This document shows, piece by piece, positions 1 to 9,252 of a DNA stretch of 18,074 bases. The notes under the pieces were generated by a model. It did no database searches. It was given only the letters and a program-made list of their open reading frames with translations, and had not been told where the DNA came from. Every line of letters begins with the position of its first letter. Positions within the stretch are counted from its first letter, which is position 1. Both the position numbers and the translations under genes were made by a program. Origin of the DNA: Thermotogota bacterium (lineage in GTDB: Bacteria; Thermotogota; Thermotogae; Petrotogales; Petrotogaceae); the NCBI GenBank assembly GCA_051748045.1, contig JBNJGY010000043.1, positions 1-18,074 of the forward strand. The letters are read 5' to 3'.

Positions 1-1001
1 AGATTGTCTATATATTTTATAACACCATTTACACAAGCACCAATCATACTAGCTGGAACATAGTTAAATTCTGTAACCCTTATATCTACATTGTTATTGT
101 TTACATAAGTATATTTTTGAATTTTTTCTTTTAATTCTCTAAAAGTAACTGTTGGATGATTAATTATTTTTCCACCTATAATGACTTTTTCTAGATTCAA
201 TAAATTTATTGTATATGATATATTCAAAGCTAAAGTATCTAAAGTTTTTTCATAATTCCTTTCAAAATCAATAAAATGTTCAAATTTAATATTTTCACCT
301 AAAACGTAATTATGCCCTATTTCTCCAGCTGAAAAAGAAAAACCTCTGTATATATCATCATTTAAAAGAAGGCCTGAACCTACTCCCTCTTTTATCAAAA
401 CAAAAATGGCATTTTTTTTATCTTTCATATCTTCAGCTCTTATCTTTTCAGCTAATATAGATAAATTTGAATCATTGTCTAATATAATATCATTATTTTT
501 TATAAGAGAATTATAACTAAAATCTTTCCACTTTAAATTTGGAGTATCTTTTATTCTTTTATTTTTAATGTCTACTATTCCTGGGATTGAATAAGATATA
601 AAATAAAACTCTTTATTCAATACTGATATGTAGTTATTAACTATTTTATTAAGTTCATCAAAAGAATCTGGAGTTGGAATGGTTTTTAAAAGTTCCACAG
701 TTCCATCAAAATAACCTTCACCAAACATTGTAGTATTTACATCTATATCAACAACAAAAATTCTTAGTTTAACCTTATTAACCATAAGCATTTCACTTTT
801 TCTTCCATAACGCGATTCGTTTATTTTATTAGATCTAAGAATAAAACCATTATCTATTAAATAATTTATAACACGTGTAATTGAAGAATTGCTTAAATTT
901 GTATGTTGAGAAATGTCTTTTCTTGTTGTTTTGTTGTTTAAAAATATATACTTTAATGATTTTTTTATATTTTCTATTTTAGTATTACGAACTTTATTCA
1001 T
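1..1001 (-). CDS. ROK-family (NagC/XylR-like) transcriptional regulator, 3' end runs off the window
   Basis: Not in the ORF track; translated by hand from ATG at 1001 (RBS AAGGGG near 1013-1018). N-terminal HTH-like segment TTRKDISQHTNLSNSSITRVINYLIDNGFI...GRK, followed by ROK motifs SIPGIVD, DNDSNLSILAE, EGVGSGLLLN, SAGEIGH and EKVIIGG. Frame is open to position 1. Confidence 0.9.
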   Translation of the reverse strand, partial: MNKVRNTKIENIKKSLKYIFLNNKTTRKDISQHTNLSNSSITRVINYLIDNGFILRSNKINESRYGRKSEMLMVNKVKLRIFVVDIDVNTTMFGEGYFDGTVELLKTIPTPDSFDELNKIVNNYISVLNKEFYFISYSIPGIVDIKNKRIKDTPNLKWKDFSYNSLIKNNDIILDNDSNLSILAEKIRAEDMKDKKNAIFVLIKEGVGSGLLLNDDIYRGFSFSAGEIGHNYVLGENIKFEHFIDFERNYEKTLDTLALNISYTINLLNLEKVIIGGKIINHPTVTFRELKEKIQKYTYVNNNNVDIRVTEFNYVPASMIGACVNGVIKYIDN

Positions 1002-1053
1002 TTTAAATATAACCCCTTATTTAAAAATTTATCTAAATTAATTTTACCATATA

Positions 1054-1356
1054 TTATTTCTCCAATTTTTTAATTCTATCTGGGTTCATATGATTCAAAC
1101 AACAACCAGACTCGAAAAGTTTTACTTCTGAATCTAATTTTTCTTCATATTTTTTTATTTCTTTATATTTTGAACACTTATTGTCATCTGTTAAATATTC
1201 GCATTGCTTTTTCTCATAATTCCACTTCCCATAATAGCAAGGATTTTGTTTGCAGCAATATCCACATTGAACACATTCTGGGCATATTTCTTCATCGTTC
1301 ATTTTTTTCATTAATTCATCCAAGTCTTCTATATTATCTAAATCTTCAAAAAACAT
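1054..1356 (-). CDS. Small cysteine-cluster protein (YkgJ-like putative Zn/Fe-S binding)
   Basis: 100 aa with CxxCxxCGxCC...PC...C...C...GCC; RBS GAGGTG at 1361-1366 on the minus strand. Confidence 0.7.
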   Translation of the reverse strand: MFFEDLDNIEDLDELMKKMNDEEICPECVQCGYCCKQNPCYYGKWNYEKKQCEYLTDDNKCSKYKEIKKYEEKLDSEVKLFESGCCLNHMNPDRIKKLEK

Positions 1357-1479
1357 ATTTCACCTCGTTAAAATTAATTCTAATTTTCTTTTTTGTCTTT
1401 ATAAGATTATAATATTTTTTGTATTAAGAATAAATTAATATCTATGTATCAATTAATTAAGATATAAATTTATTTTATT

Positions 1480-1488
1480 TGGTAGAAT
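1480..1488 (+). promoter_or_regulatory. Putative extended -10 promoter for the pur leader
   Basis: TGgTAGAAT about 35 nt upstream of the riboswitch P1. Confidence 0.45.
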
Positions 1489-1521
1489 CAAAGTGTAAAA
1501 CAAAAAAAATTAAATAAGTAA

Positions 1522-1600
1522 CCCTTTCCTATATAACTTCGGAAATATGGTCCGAGAGTCTCTACCAAACAACCTTAAATTGTTTGACTATAGGAAGGGG
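1522..1600 (+). ncRNA. Purine (guanine-sensing) riboswitch aptamer
   Basis: cctaTATAActtcggaaATATGGtccgagAGTCTCTACcaaacaaCCTTAAAttgtttGACTAtagg matches the purine aptamer consensus. P1 is 1522-1533 paired with 1589-1600. The discriminator base is C (GAC-TA), which indicates guanine. It lies directly upstream of a pur operon. Confidence 0.96.
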
Positions 1601-1677
1601 GTGCGGGTTATTAAAGCAGTCTAGAATGACTGCCATAATCTGATTTTTTACAATGGCTATGTAAATTATTATATATT

Positions 1678-1720
1678 AACCCCACCTCTCTTCCTATGAG
1701 AGAGGTGGGGTTTCTTATAT
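1678..1720 (+). terminator. Riboswitch expression-platform terminator
   Basis: 13-bp perfect stem aaccccacctctc/gagaggtggggtt followed by tcttatat. Its 5' arm and loop (1677-1697) are complementary to 1590-1610, giving an antiterminator. Confidence 0.88.
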
Positions 1721-1737
1721 CACTGGAGGTTTTTTAC

Positions 1738-2142
1738 ATGGCTAAAGTACTTGTTATTGCTGGAAGTAAATCTGATGAAACTTTTGTAAAGCAGGCTCTT
1801 GATCTTTTTGAAGAATGGAATATTGATTACAACTTTGAAGTTATGAGTGCACACAGAGACCTAGAAAAACTCACAGATTATATTAAAAATTTAGACGATG
1901 ATTATGAAGTTATCATTGCTGTTGCTGGGCTTGCAGCTGCATTACCTGGTGTAGTAGCTTCTTTAAGTTCTCTCCCTGTTATTGGCGTACCTAATGATGT
2001 TGGGCCTTTAAACGGCGTAGATGCTCTTCTTTCTATGGTTCAAATGCCAAAAGGTGTTCCTGTTGCAACTATGGGAATAGGAAACCATGGTATGAAAAAT
2101 GCTGCATATTTTACAAAAAGATTATTAAAGGGGGAGAAATAA
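1738..2142 (+). CDS. purE: N5-CAIR mutase / AIR carboxylase PurE
   Basis: GSKSD, SAHR, IIAVAG, LPVIGVP, DALLSMVQMPKGVPVAT motifs. Start moved to ATG 1738 after RBS GGAGGT (1725-1730), because the ATG at 1696 lies inside the terminator. Confidence 0.95.
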   Translation: MAKVLVIAGSKSDETFVKQALDLFEEWNIDYNFEVMSAHRDLEKLTDYIKNLDDDYEVIIAVAGLAAALPGVVASLSSLPVIGVPNDVGPLNGVDALLSMVQMPKGVPVATMGIGNHGMKNAAYFTKRLLKGEK

Positions 2143-2849
2143 TGGATTTATCCAATTTGACATTTATGTATGAAGGAAAGGCTAAAAAATTATACGAATA
2201 TGATGAAGATAAAACATTGATTTATTACAAAGATGATGTAACAGCTAACAATGGAGAAATGAAAGACAACATGAAGGGAAAAGGCATTATAAACAAGAAA
2301 TTTTCAGTTTACTTCTTCAGAATGCTCGAAGAAAAAGGTATAAAAACACATTTTGTAAAAGATGTAGATGAAAATTCATATATAGCTGAAAAAGTTGACA
2401 TTATACCTTTAGAAGTAATTGTTAGAAATTATACTGCTGGAAGTTTTTGTAGAAGATATGGCGTAGAAAAGGGTATGAAATTAGAATTTCCATTAGTTGA
2501 GTTCTCTTTAAAAGATGATGACCTAGGTGACCCAATGATTTCAAAAGATGCTGCCTTAGCAATTAGGTTAACTGACGAAAAAACAATAAATTATTTAAAA
2601 GATCAAGCTCTCAAAGTAAACGAAATTTTAAATAAATATTTTTTGGAAAAAGGGATCATCTTGGTTGACTATAAATTGGAATTCGGTATGAAAGATGGAA
2701 AAATCATTCTTGCAGATGAAATCTCCCCTGATACATGTAGATTCTGGGACTCTGAAACAAAAGAATCTCTTGATAAAGATGTTTATAGAGAATCTAAAGG
2801 AAACTTAGTGGATACTTACAGCACTCTAACAAGGAGGCTGGGTTTATGA
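2142..2849 (+). CDS. purC: SAICAR synthetase
   Basis: YEGKAKKLY, IPLEVIVRN, LVDYKLEFG, LADEISPDTCRFWD, SLDKDVYR. Confidence 0.97.
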   Translation: MDLSNLTFMYEGKAKKLYEYDEDKTLIYYKDDVTANNGEMKDNMKGKGIINKKFSVYFFRMLEEKGIKTHFVKDVDENSYIAEKVDIIPLEVIVRNYTAGSFCRRYGVEKGMKLEFPLVEFSLKDDDLGDPMISKDAALAIRLTDEKTINYLKDQALKVNEILNKYFLEKGIILVDYKLEFGMKDGKIILADEISPDTCRFWDSETKESLDKDVYRESKGNLVDTYSTLTRRLGL

Positions 2850-3109
2850 AAAAATTCAGTTTTGAAGTGAAAATTTCACTCAAAAAGGGAATTTTAGATA
2901 CTCAAGGTATGGCTACAGAAAAGGTTTTAAAAAGAATGGGGTATGTAATTGATTCTATTAATTTTGGAAAAGATATAAAGTTTGAAATTGAAGCTAACGA
3001 CAAAGAAGAAGCTTTAAAATCTGCAGAAAAAATTTCTCATGAAGTACTTACCAATCCCGTCTTGGAAACTTATGAATTAAACATGATAACCACAGAAGGT
3101 GAAGCTTAA
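2846..3109 (+). CDS. purS: FGAM synthase subunit PurS
   Basis: 87 aa; LKKGILDTQG and LTNPVLETY; ATGA overlap with purC. Confidence 0.93.
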   Translation: MKKFSFEVKISLKKGILDTQGMATEKVLKRMGYVIDSINFGKDIKFEIEANDKEEALKSAEKISHEVLTNPVLETYELNMITTEGEA

Positions 3110-3783
3110 TGGCTAAAATTAAGGCTGGAATAATAGTTTTTCCAGGTTCTAATTGTGATAGGGATGCGGGTTTTGCTCTTGAGAAAATAGGCTTTGATTA
3201 TGAATATATTTGGCATGACTTTGACAAAATGTTGAATTATGACTTTATTTTCTTACCTGGAGGATTCTCTTATGGAGATTATCTTAGAGCTGGTGCTCTT
3301 GCAAAATTTTCTCCTGTAATGAAATACCTAAAAAAATATATAGAAGAAGAACAAGGTCTTGTTTTAGGAGTTTGTAATGGATTTCAAATTCTTACAGAAG
3401 CTGGAATTCTAAAAGGAGCTCTTTCACAAAACGAACAGATGAAATTCATATGCAATGATGTAGACATTAAAATAAAAAATAATTCTTCACCTTTCACAAA
3501 ATATATAGAGAATGATAATCTAAACCTCCCAATAGCACACATGGATGGGAATTTTAGAATAAGTGAAGAAGAATATGAAGAATTATCAAAAAATGATCAA
3601 ATTATTTTCGAATATTCAGATAATCCAAATGGTTCATACAAAAACGTAGCAGGAATAATAAACGATAAGAAAAATGTACTTGGAATGATGCCTCATCCAG
3701 AAAGAAATGTTGTAAAACTTCTTGGCAATGGTGATGGAGCATTGATTTTACTTTCTATTAGGAGGTTTTTAGAAAATGAATAA
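3109..3783 (+). CDS. purQ: FGAM synthase glutaminase subunit PurQ
   Basis: FPGSNCD, LPGGFSYGDYLRAG, GVCNGFQIL, GMMPHPER. Confidence 0.97.
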   Translation: MAKIKAGIIVFPGSNCDRDAGFALEKIGFDYEYIWHDFDKMLNYDFIFLPGGFSYGDYLRAGALAKFSPVMKYLKKYIEEEQGLVLGVCNGFQILTEAGILKGALSQNEQMKFICNDVDIKIKNNSSPFTKYIENDNLNLPIAHMDGNFRISEEEYEELSKNDQIIFEYSDNPNGSYKNVAGIINDKKNVLGMMPHPERNVVKLLGNGDGALILLSIRRFLENE

Positions 3784-5950
3784 TACATTTGATGCTACAG
3801 AACTAGCAATAGCACTCGGATTATCTGAAGAAGAATTTAATCTTATTAAAGAGAAATTAGATAGAACCCCTAACGAATTTGAAACATATCTTTTTTCTGC
3901 TCAATGGTCAGAACATTGTGGATACAAACATTCAAAAAGTTTATTGAAAAATTTACCAATGAATATTGAAGATGAAAATGCTGGATACATTAAAATAGAC
4001 GACAACGCAATTGTTTTCAAGGTTGAGAGTCACAATCACCCTAGCGCTGTAGAACCTTACCAAGGAGCTGCTACAGGCATAGGAGGGATAGTAAGAGATG
4101 TTCTTGCAATGGGTGCAAGACCAATAGCGCTTTTAGATTCATTGAGATTTGGTGATCTTGATGATCCTAAATCAAAAAACATTTTTGAAGGTGTAGTTCA
4201 TGGAATAAGTGGATATGGAAATTCCATTGGAGTTCCTACAGTAGCAGGTGAAACATATTTTAATAAAACATATTCAACAAACCCTCTTGTAAATGTTATG
4301 TGTGTAGGAATGGCAAAAGAAGAAGAACTCACTTATTCAAAAGCCAATGAACACAATAAATATTTTGTATATTTTGGTGCTAAAACTGGAAGAGACGGTA
4401 TTCACGGAGCTTCTTTTGCATCAAAAGAATTGTCCGGGAAAGATGACAGGCCTTCTGTTCAAGTTGGAGATCCTTTTTCTGAGAAAAATCTAATAGAAGC
4501 TACACTTGAAGTCTTGAAAATCCCCGGTGTATTAGCAAGCCAAGATATGGGAGCAGCGGGTCTTTTAAGTTCTTCTTCTGAAATGGCTTATAAAGGAAAT
4601 CTCGGGTGCGAATTATATTTAGATAAAGTACCTATTAGAGAAGAAAATATGAAACCATGGGAAATGATGCTTTCAGAATCACAAGAAAGAATGCTTTTTT
4701 TAGTTGAACCTGGTTCAGAAAAAGAACTTAAAAAAATTGCAGATAAATATTTTTTAGAAATGTCCGTTATAGGAAAAACCACTTATGAAAGAAACATGAA
4801 AGCCTATTACAACAGAGAAGAATTATGTGATCTATCTTTAGATATTCTTGTTAACGCACCAAGTTTAACAATGAAAGCAGAAACCCCTGGATATTTTTTT
4901 GTGCATAGAGCAAGAAAAAACCCAAATATAACAAAACATCCAAAAGTCATTTTTTCAGAGTTGTTAAAACATCCAAACATAGCTTCAAAAGAATGGGTAT
5001 ATAACCAATATGATTATAAAGTTGGAAACAATACAGTCATAACTCCGGGAAACGCTGATGCTTCTATATTATGGATAAAAAATAGTGAAAAAGGTATAGC
5101 TATGACAATAGATGGAAACGGACCTATGTCTTTTCTAAATCCTTATGAAGGAAGCAGAAATATAGTTTTTGAAGCTGCAAGAAACCTAGTTTCTGTTGGT
5201 GCAACTCCAAAAGGAGTAACAGATAACATGAACTTCGGTAATCCTGAACAACTTGAAGTTGCTTGGCAATTTGAACAGTCTATAAAAGGAATTTCTTCAG
5301 CTTGTCGTGAATTAGAAACTCCTGTTACAGGTGGAAATGTTAGTTTTTATAATGAATCTGGTGACAGTGCCATATATCCAACACCAGTAATTGGAATGGT
5401 TGGAGAAGTAGAAAATATAAACAATATAATGACTTTAGATTTTAAATTTCCATCTGATATAGTATATCTTGTTGGAAAAACAACTATAAACAGAGATTAT
5501 CTTGGAGGAAGCCTTTATCAACAAGTTATATCTGATTTTATAGGAGGGGAAGTTGATAAAGTAAGAACTTTATTCGAGCTTGGTCTTCATAAAACTATTT
5601 TAAAATTAATAGAAGAAAAAATCGCAAACGCTGTTCATGATGTTTCAAAAGGTGGAATGGCAATAGCTCTAGCTGAAATGGCTATAAGAGGTAAAAAGGG
5701 TTTTAAAGGAAACATTGGTGAGACAAGTGAAGAGTTCTTTGGCGAAAACCAATCAAGATTTATTGTCACTGTTCCAAGCGAAAACAACGATTTATTTTTA
5801 CAAACAATGGCGAAAATGAAAATGGAATATAAAAAAATAGGTAGAGTTCTTCCAGAAGATTATGGTTTTGATTGTGGATTTGGAAAAATTGACTTGGAAG
5901 ATATGAAGAAAAACTATCATAACTCTCTTCCAAAGACAATGGAGGATTAA
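3776..5950 (+). CDS. purL: FGAM synthase subunit PurL (small PurL)
   Basis: WSEHCGYKHS, KVESHNHPSAVEPYQGAATGIGGIVRD, QDMGAAGL, MLSESQERM, GGNVSFYNE; 724 aa. Confidence 0.98.
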   Translation: MNNTFDATELAIALGLSEEEFNLIKEKLDRTPNEFETYLFSAQWSEHCGYKHSKSLLKNLPMNIEDENAGYIKIDDNAIVFKVESHNHPSAVEPYQGAATGIGGIVRDVLAMGARPIALLDSLRFGDLDDPKSKNIFEGVVHGISGYGNSIGVPTVAGETYFNKTYSTNPLVNVMCVGMAKEEELTYSKANEHNKYFVYFGAKTGRDGIHGASFASKELSGKDDRPSVQVGDPFSEKNLIEATLEVLKIPGVLASQDMGAAGLLSSSSEMAYKGNLGCELYLDKVPIREENMKPWEMMLSESQERMLFLVEPGSEKELKKIADKYFLEMSVIGKTTYERNMKAYYNREELCDLSLDILVNAPSLTMKAETPGYFFVHRARKNPNITKHPKVIFSELLKHPNIASKEWVYNQYDYKVGNNTVITPGNADASILWIKNSEKGIAMTIDGNGPMSFLNPYEGSRNIVFEAARNLVSVGATPKGVTDNMNFGNPEQLEVAWQFEQSIKGISSACRELETPVTGGNVSFYNESGDSAIYPTPVIGMVGEVENINNIMTLDFKFPSDIVYLVGKTTINRDYLGGSLYQQVISDFIGGEVDKVRTLFELGLHKTILKLIEEKIANAVHDVSKGGMAIALAEMAIRGKKGFKGNIGETSEEFFGENQSRFIVTVPSENNDLFLQTMAKMKMEYKKIGRVLPEDYGFDCGFGKIDLEDMKKNYHNSLPKTMED

Positions 5951-5952
5951 TT

Positions 5953-7308
5953 ATGCTTATGGAAGAATGTGGAATCTTTGGTACTTATTTAAAAAACGAC
6001 AAAATAGCTCCTGCTTATGTTGTTGAAGGTTTAATGGCTTTGCAACATAGAGGTCAAGAAGCAGCGGGAGTTTCATATACTCTTGGTGATAGAATAGATA
6101 GTTTCAAAGAATTGGGAACAGTTGGTTCTATTTTTAATAAAAAAATCCTTTCAGATATGAAAGGAAATATTTCAATAGGTCACGTAAGATATTCTACAAG
6201 AGGAACCCCTGATATCACAGGGGCCCAACCTTTTACAGCGAATTATGCAAATTCTTCATTTTCTATTGCTCACAATGGGCAGATAGAAAATTCTGAAAAA
6301 TTAAAAAAACAATTAGAAAGTAAAGGAATAATATTTCTCACAGATTCTGATACAGAAATTATTCTACATTTATTGGTAAGTAAATTGAGAAAATCACCGG
6401 ACAAATGGACTTTAAAAGAAATATCAAACATAATTTTTGATAATGTAGGATCTTCTTATTCCCTATTAATAATGTTCAAAGATAGAATGATAGCCTTAAG
6501 AGATAAAAAAGGTTATAGACCACTTTCTTTTTATGAAGATGACCATGGGTATTATATATCTTCAGAAGATTGTGGGTTAAGATTTTTAACCCCAAATATG
6601 AAAAAAATAAGAGATGTAAAACCAGGAGAAGCTTTAGAAATATCAAAAAATGGAATTGATAATATTTTATATGATACAGATGAATTAAAACATTGCTTTT
6701 TTGAACATGTATATTTCTCAAGACCTGACTCTAACATATTCGGAAGAAATGTACATCAAATGAGAGAAAGAATGGGTGAACAATGTGCACTTGAAAGCCC
6801 TGTGGATGCTGACATAGTTGTTCCTGTTATGGAATCTGGACTATCAGCTGCTATGGGATATTCAAAAATGTCAGGAATACCAGTTGAGATGGGACTAATT
6901 AGAAACAGGTACATTGGAAGAACATTTATTCACCCAGAACAAACTGAAAGAAAAATTGGTGTAAAAAGAAAACTCACACCTATATACGAAGTCATAAAAA
7001 ACAAAAGAATTATACTTGTAGATGATTCTGTAGTAAGAGGAACTACCATGAGTCAAATAGTAGAACTACTAAGACAATACAAAGCAAGAGAGGTTCATGT
7101 TAGAATAGCTTCTCCTGCAGTTGTTTCGACTTGTAGTTGGGGTGTTGATATACCAGATAAAAACGAGCTAATAGCTTATACAAAAAGTATTGAAGAGATT
7201 GAAAAATACATCAACGCAGATTCTCTAGGTTACTTATCTTTAAACGGAGTAAAAAAAATTTTGAATTCAGATCATCAAAACTATTGCTTGAATTGTTTTT
7301 TAAAATAA
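5953..7308 (+). CDS. purF: Amidophosphoribosyltransferase, Fe-S (B. subtilis-like) type
   Basis: Short propeptide then CGIFG; LQHRGQE, GHVRYST, PRT motif ILVDDSVVRGTT; cysteines in CFFEHVYF, TCSWGVD and CLNCF. Confidence 0.97.
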   Translation: MLMEECGIFGTYLKNDKIAPAYVVEGLMALQHRGQEAAGVSYTLGDRIDSFKELGTVGSIFNKKILSDMKGNISIGHVRYSTRGTPDITGAQPFTANYANSSFSIAHNGQIENSEKLKKQLESKGIIFLTDSDTEIILHLLVSKLRKSPDKWTLKEISNIIFDNVGSSYSLLIMFKDRMIALRDKKGYRPLSFYEDDHGYYISSEDCGLRFLTPNMKKIRDVKPGEALEISKNGIDNILYDTDELKHCFFEHVYFSRPDSNIFGRNVHQMRERMGEQCALESPVDADIVVPVMESGLSAAMGYSKMSGIPVEMGLIRNRYIGRTFIHPEQTERKIGVKRKLTPIYEVIKNKRIILVDDSVVRGTTMSQIVELLRQYKAREVHVRIASPAVVSTCSWGVDIPDKNELIAYTKSIEEIEKYINADSLGYLSLNGVKKILNSDHQNYCLNCFLK

Positions 7309-7326
7309 TATTTTGGAGGCAACAAA

Positions 7327-8286
7327 ATGAATTATTCTGAAAGTGGAGTAAATATTAAAGAAGCAGATCAAATGGTTGATGATATAAAAAAATATATCGG
7401 TAAAAACATAGGTTTATACGGAGGACTTTTCCCTATATATAAATATCTAAAAAATTATGAGAAACCTGTTTTAGTATCTTCAACTGATGGTGTTGGAACT
7501 AAAATGATGCTTTTAGAAAAAGAAAATAGATTAGATATTGCTGCAAACGACTTAATAGCCATGAATGTAAATGACCTTGTTTGTATGGGCGCTAAACCTT
7601 TATTTTTTATGGATTATTACGCGACAGGGAAACTAAAAAAAGAGCAAGCGAATTCTTTTATAAAATCGCTTTCTAAGATATTATCTGATATGGATTGCGA
7701 GTTATTAGGTGGAGAAACAGCGGAACTACCAGGTTTATTTAAAGAATCTTCTGTAGATGTGGGTGGATTCGTTGTAGGGATAGTTGAAGAAAATGAAATA
7801 CTTGGTCCACAAAAAGTCAGAGAAGGAGATCTTGTAATTGGGATTTCATCTTCGGGAGTTCATAGTAATGGTTTTTCCCTAGTAAGAAAATTAATAGCTG
7901 AAGGATTAATAGAAAATGATAGTTCAATTATAGAACCAACAAAACTTTATGTGAAACAAACTTTAGCAATCAAAAATTTGATAAACTCTGCAGCTCATAT
8001 AACCGGTGGGGGAATAGAAGGTAATTTATCAAGAGTTATTCCAGAAGGCCTGGGTGTAGAGATAAAATTTAATTGGTTATTACCAGATATTTTCAAAAAA
8101 ATTGCAAATTCTGGAATAAAAATGAAAGATATGTTAGAAACTTTCAACATGGGAATAGGAATGATTTATATTATACCAGAAGAAAATATTGAAAAAGTAG
8201 AAAAAATCTTAGCAGATTATGATGAGAAAATAATCTTAAAATCTAAAATAAAAAAATCAAATCAAAAGGTGAAAATAGAATATTGA
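7327..8286 (+). CDS. purM: AIR synthetase
   Basis: YSESGVNI, STDGVGTK, GGETAELPG, SSGVHSNGFSL, AHITGGG, TFNMGIGM. Confidence 0.97.
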   Translation: MNYSESGVNIKEADQMVDDIKKYIGKNIGLYGGLFPIYKYLKNYEKPVLVSSTDGVGTKMMLLEKENRLDIAANDLIAMNVNDLVCMGAKPLFFMDYYATGKLKKEQANSFIKSLSKILSDMDCELLGGETAELPGLFKESSVDVGGFVVGIVEENEILGPQKVREGDLVIGISSSGVHSNGFSLVRKLIAEGLIENDSSIIEPTKLYVKQTLAIKNLINSAAHITGGGIEGNLSRVIPEGLGVEIKFNWLLPDIFKKIANSGIKMKDMLETFNMGIGMIYIIPEENIEKVEKILADYDEKIILKSKIKKSNQKVKIEY

Positions 8287-8828
8287 AAAAGATTATAATA
8301 ATGGCTTCTGGAAACGGAAGTAATTTTGAAAACATCGTAAAAAAATTAGGCAAAAAAGTAGAAATCAAATTATTTACCGAGAAAAAAAATGCTTATGTTA
8401 TACAAAGAGCAAAAAAATTACAGGTGAAAACTCATATTATAGATTTTAAATCTAATTCTAGGGATGAATTCAATTATAATTTATATAATTTTCTAAAAAA
8501 CGAGACCCCCGATCTTATAGTTTTAGCAGGTTATATGAAAATCCTACCTCCCCAAGTTGTAGGATCTTTTAAAATTATAAATATTCATCCCTCTCTTTTA
8601 CCAGCGTTTCCAGGAATAAACTCTATAAAAAAAGCATTTGATTATGGGGTTAAAGTAACTGGAGTAACCGTTCACTGGGTCGATGAAGGATTGGACACAG
8701 GAAAAATAATTAAACAAAAATGTTTAAAAATAGATAAAAATGATTCTTTGGAAACCTTAGAAAACAGAATACATACTATAGAACATGAGATTTACCCCAA
8801 TGTCTTAAAAGAGTTGTTGGATATATAA
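8283..8828 (+). CDS. purN: Phosphoribosylglycinamide formyltransferase
   Basis: TTG start overlapping the purM stop; ASGNGSN, VLAGYMKIL, INIHPSLLPAFPG, GVTVHWVDEGLDTG. Confidence 0.96.
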   Translation: MKKIIIMASGNGSNFENIVKKLGKKVEIKLFTEKKNAYVIQRAKKLQVKTHIIDFKSNSRDEFNYNLYNFLKNETPDLIVLAGYMKILPPQVVGSFKIINIHPSLLPAFPGINSIKKAFDYGVKVTGVTVHWVDEGLDTGKIIKQKCLKIDKNDSLETLENRIHTIEHEIYPNVLKELLDI

Positions 8829-8840
8829 CCAACAACTCTT
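8809..8840 (+). terminator. Hairpin closing the pur operon
   Basis: 12-bp perfect stem aagagttgttgg/ccaacaactctt with the purN stop codon in the loop; U-tract is weak. Confidence 0.55.
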
Positions 8841-8911
8841 ATCACTATTTATTATTGTTAACATTTTGTATATAGATGATTTTTTGTTATCATATTAATG
8901 GAGGTGTTACT

Positions 8912-9241
8912 ATGGTTGGGAAAGGAAAAATAGTAACAGAAAAATTTATAGATTTCATAAATAGAGAAATGGGAGTAGACCTAGCTGAAAATATTGTAAC
9001 TTACAAAGTGAAAGATGAAAACACTGAAGCATCTAACCCAAATATCGCATCTTTATCTTCTGAAGAATCAAAATTAATAGAATTTAACTTAAATTTTATG
9101 AATATAAGAGTGGAGCTAACAGATTGTGAAATGCCCGGAAAAGAAGGTAAAATGTTAAGATATAACGATAACGTAGAAATAAAAGATGTTGAATCTGGTA
9201 TAAAATATATTTTTACTCCTAATGCTTGCTGGTCAGAATAA
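8912..9241 (+). CDS. Hypothetical protein (109 aa)
   Basis: RBS GGAGGT at 8900-8905 supports ATG 8912 rather than 8876. Candidate promoter TTGTAT-16-TATCAT at 8866-8893; has its own terminator. No family recognised. Confidence 0.75.
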   Translation: MVGKGKIVTEKFIDFINREMGVDLAENIVTYKVKDENTEASNPNIASLSSEESKLIEFNLNFMNIRVELTDCEMPGKEGKMLRYNDNVEIKDVESGIKYIFTPNACWSE

Positions 9242-9252
9242 AAATTTTAATT

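Noticed and set aside
1170-1412. 80-aa plus-strand ORF
   Set aside because: Antisense to the Cys-cluster gene, which has an RBS and a coherent motif; no recognisable features.
1522-1600. Adenine or 2'-deoxyguanosine riboswitch variant
   Set aside because: The discriminator is C and the core junction bases match the guanine class; the only J2/3 difference is at the variable position.
1696-1737. Longer purE start given in the ORF track
   Set aside because: The ATG is inside the riboswitch terminator; the RBS supports 1738.
4588-6737. Minus-strand ORFs 4588-4782, 6476-6721 and 6552-6737
   Set aside because: Shadow ORFs antisense to purL and purF.
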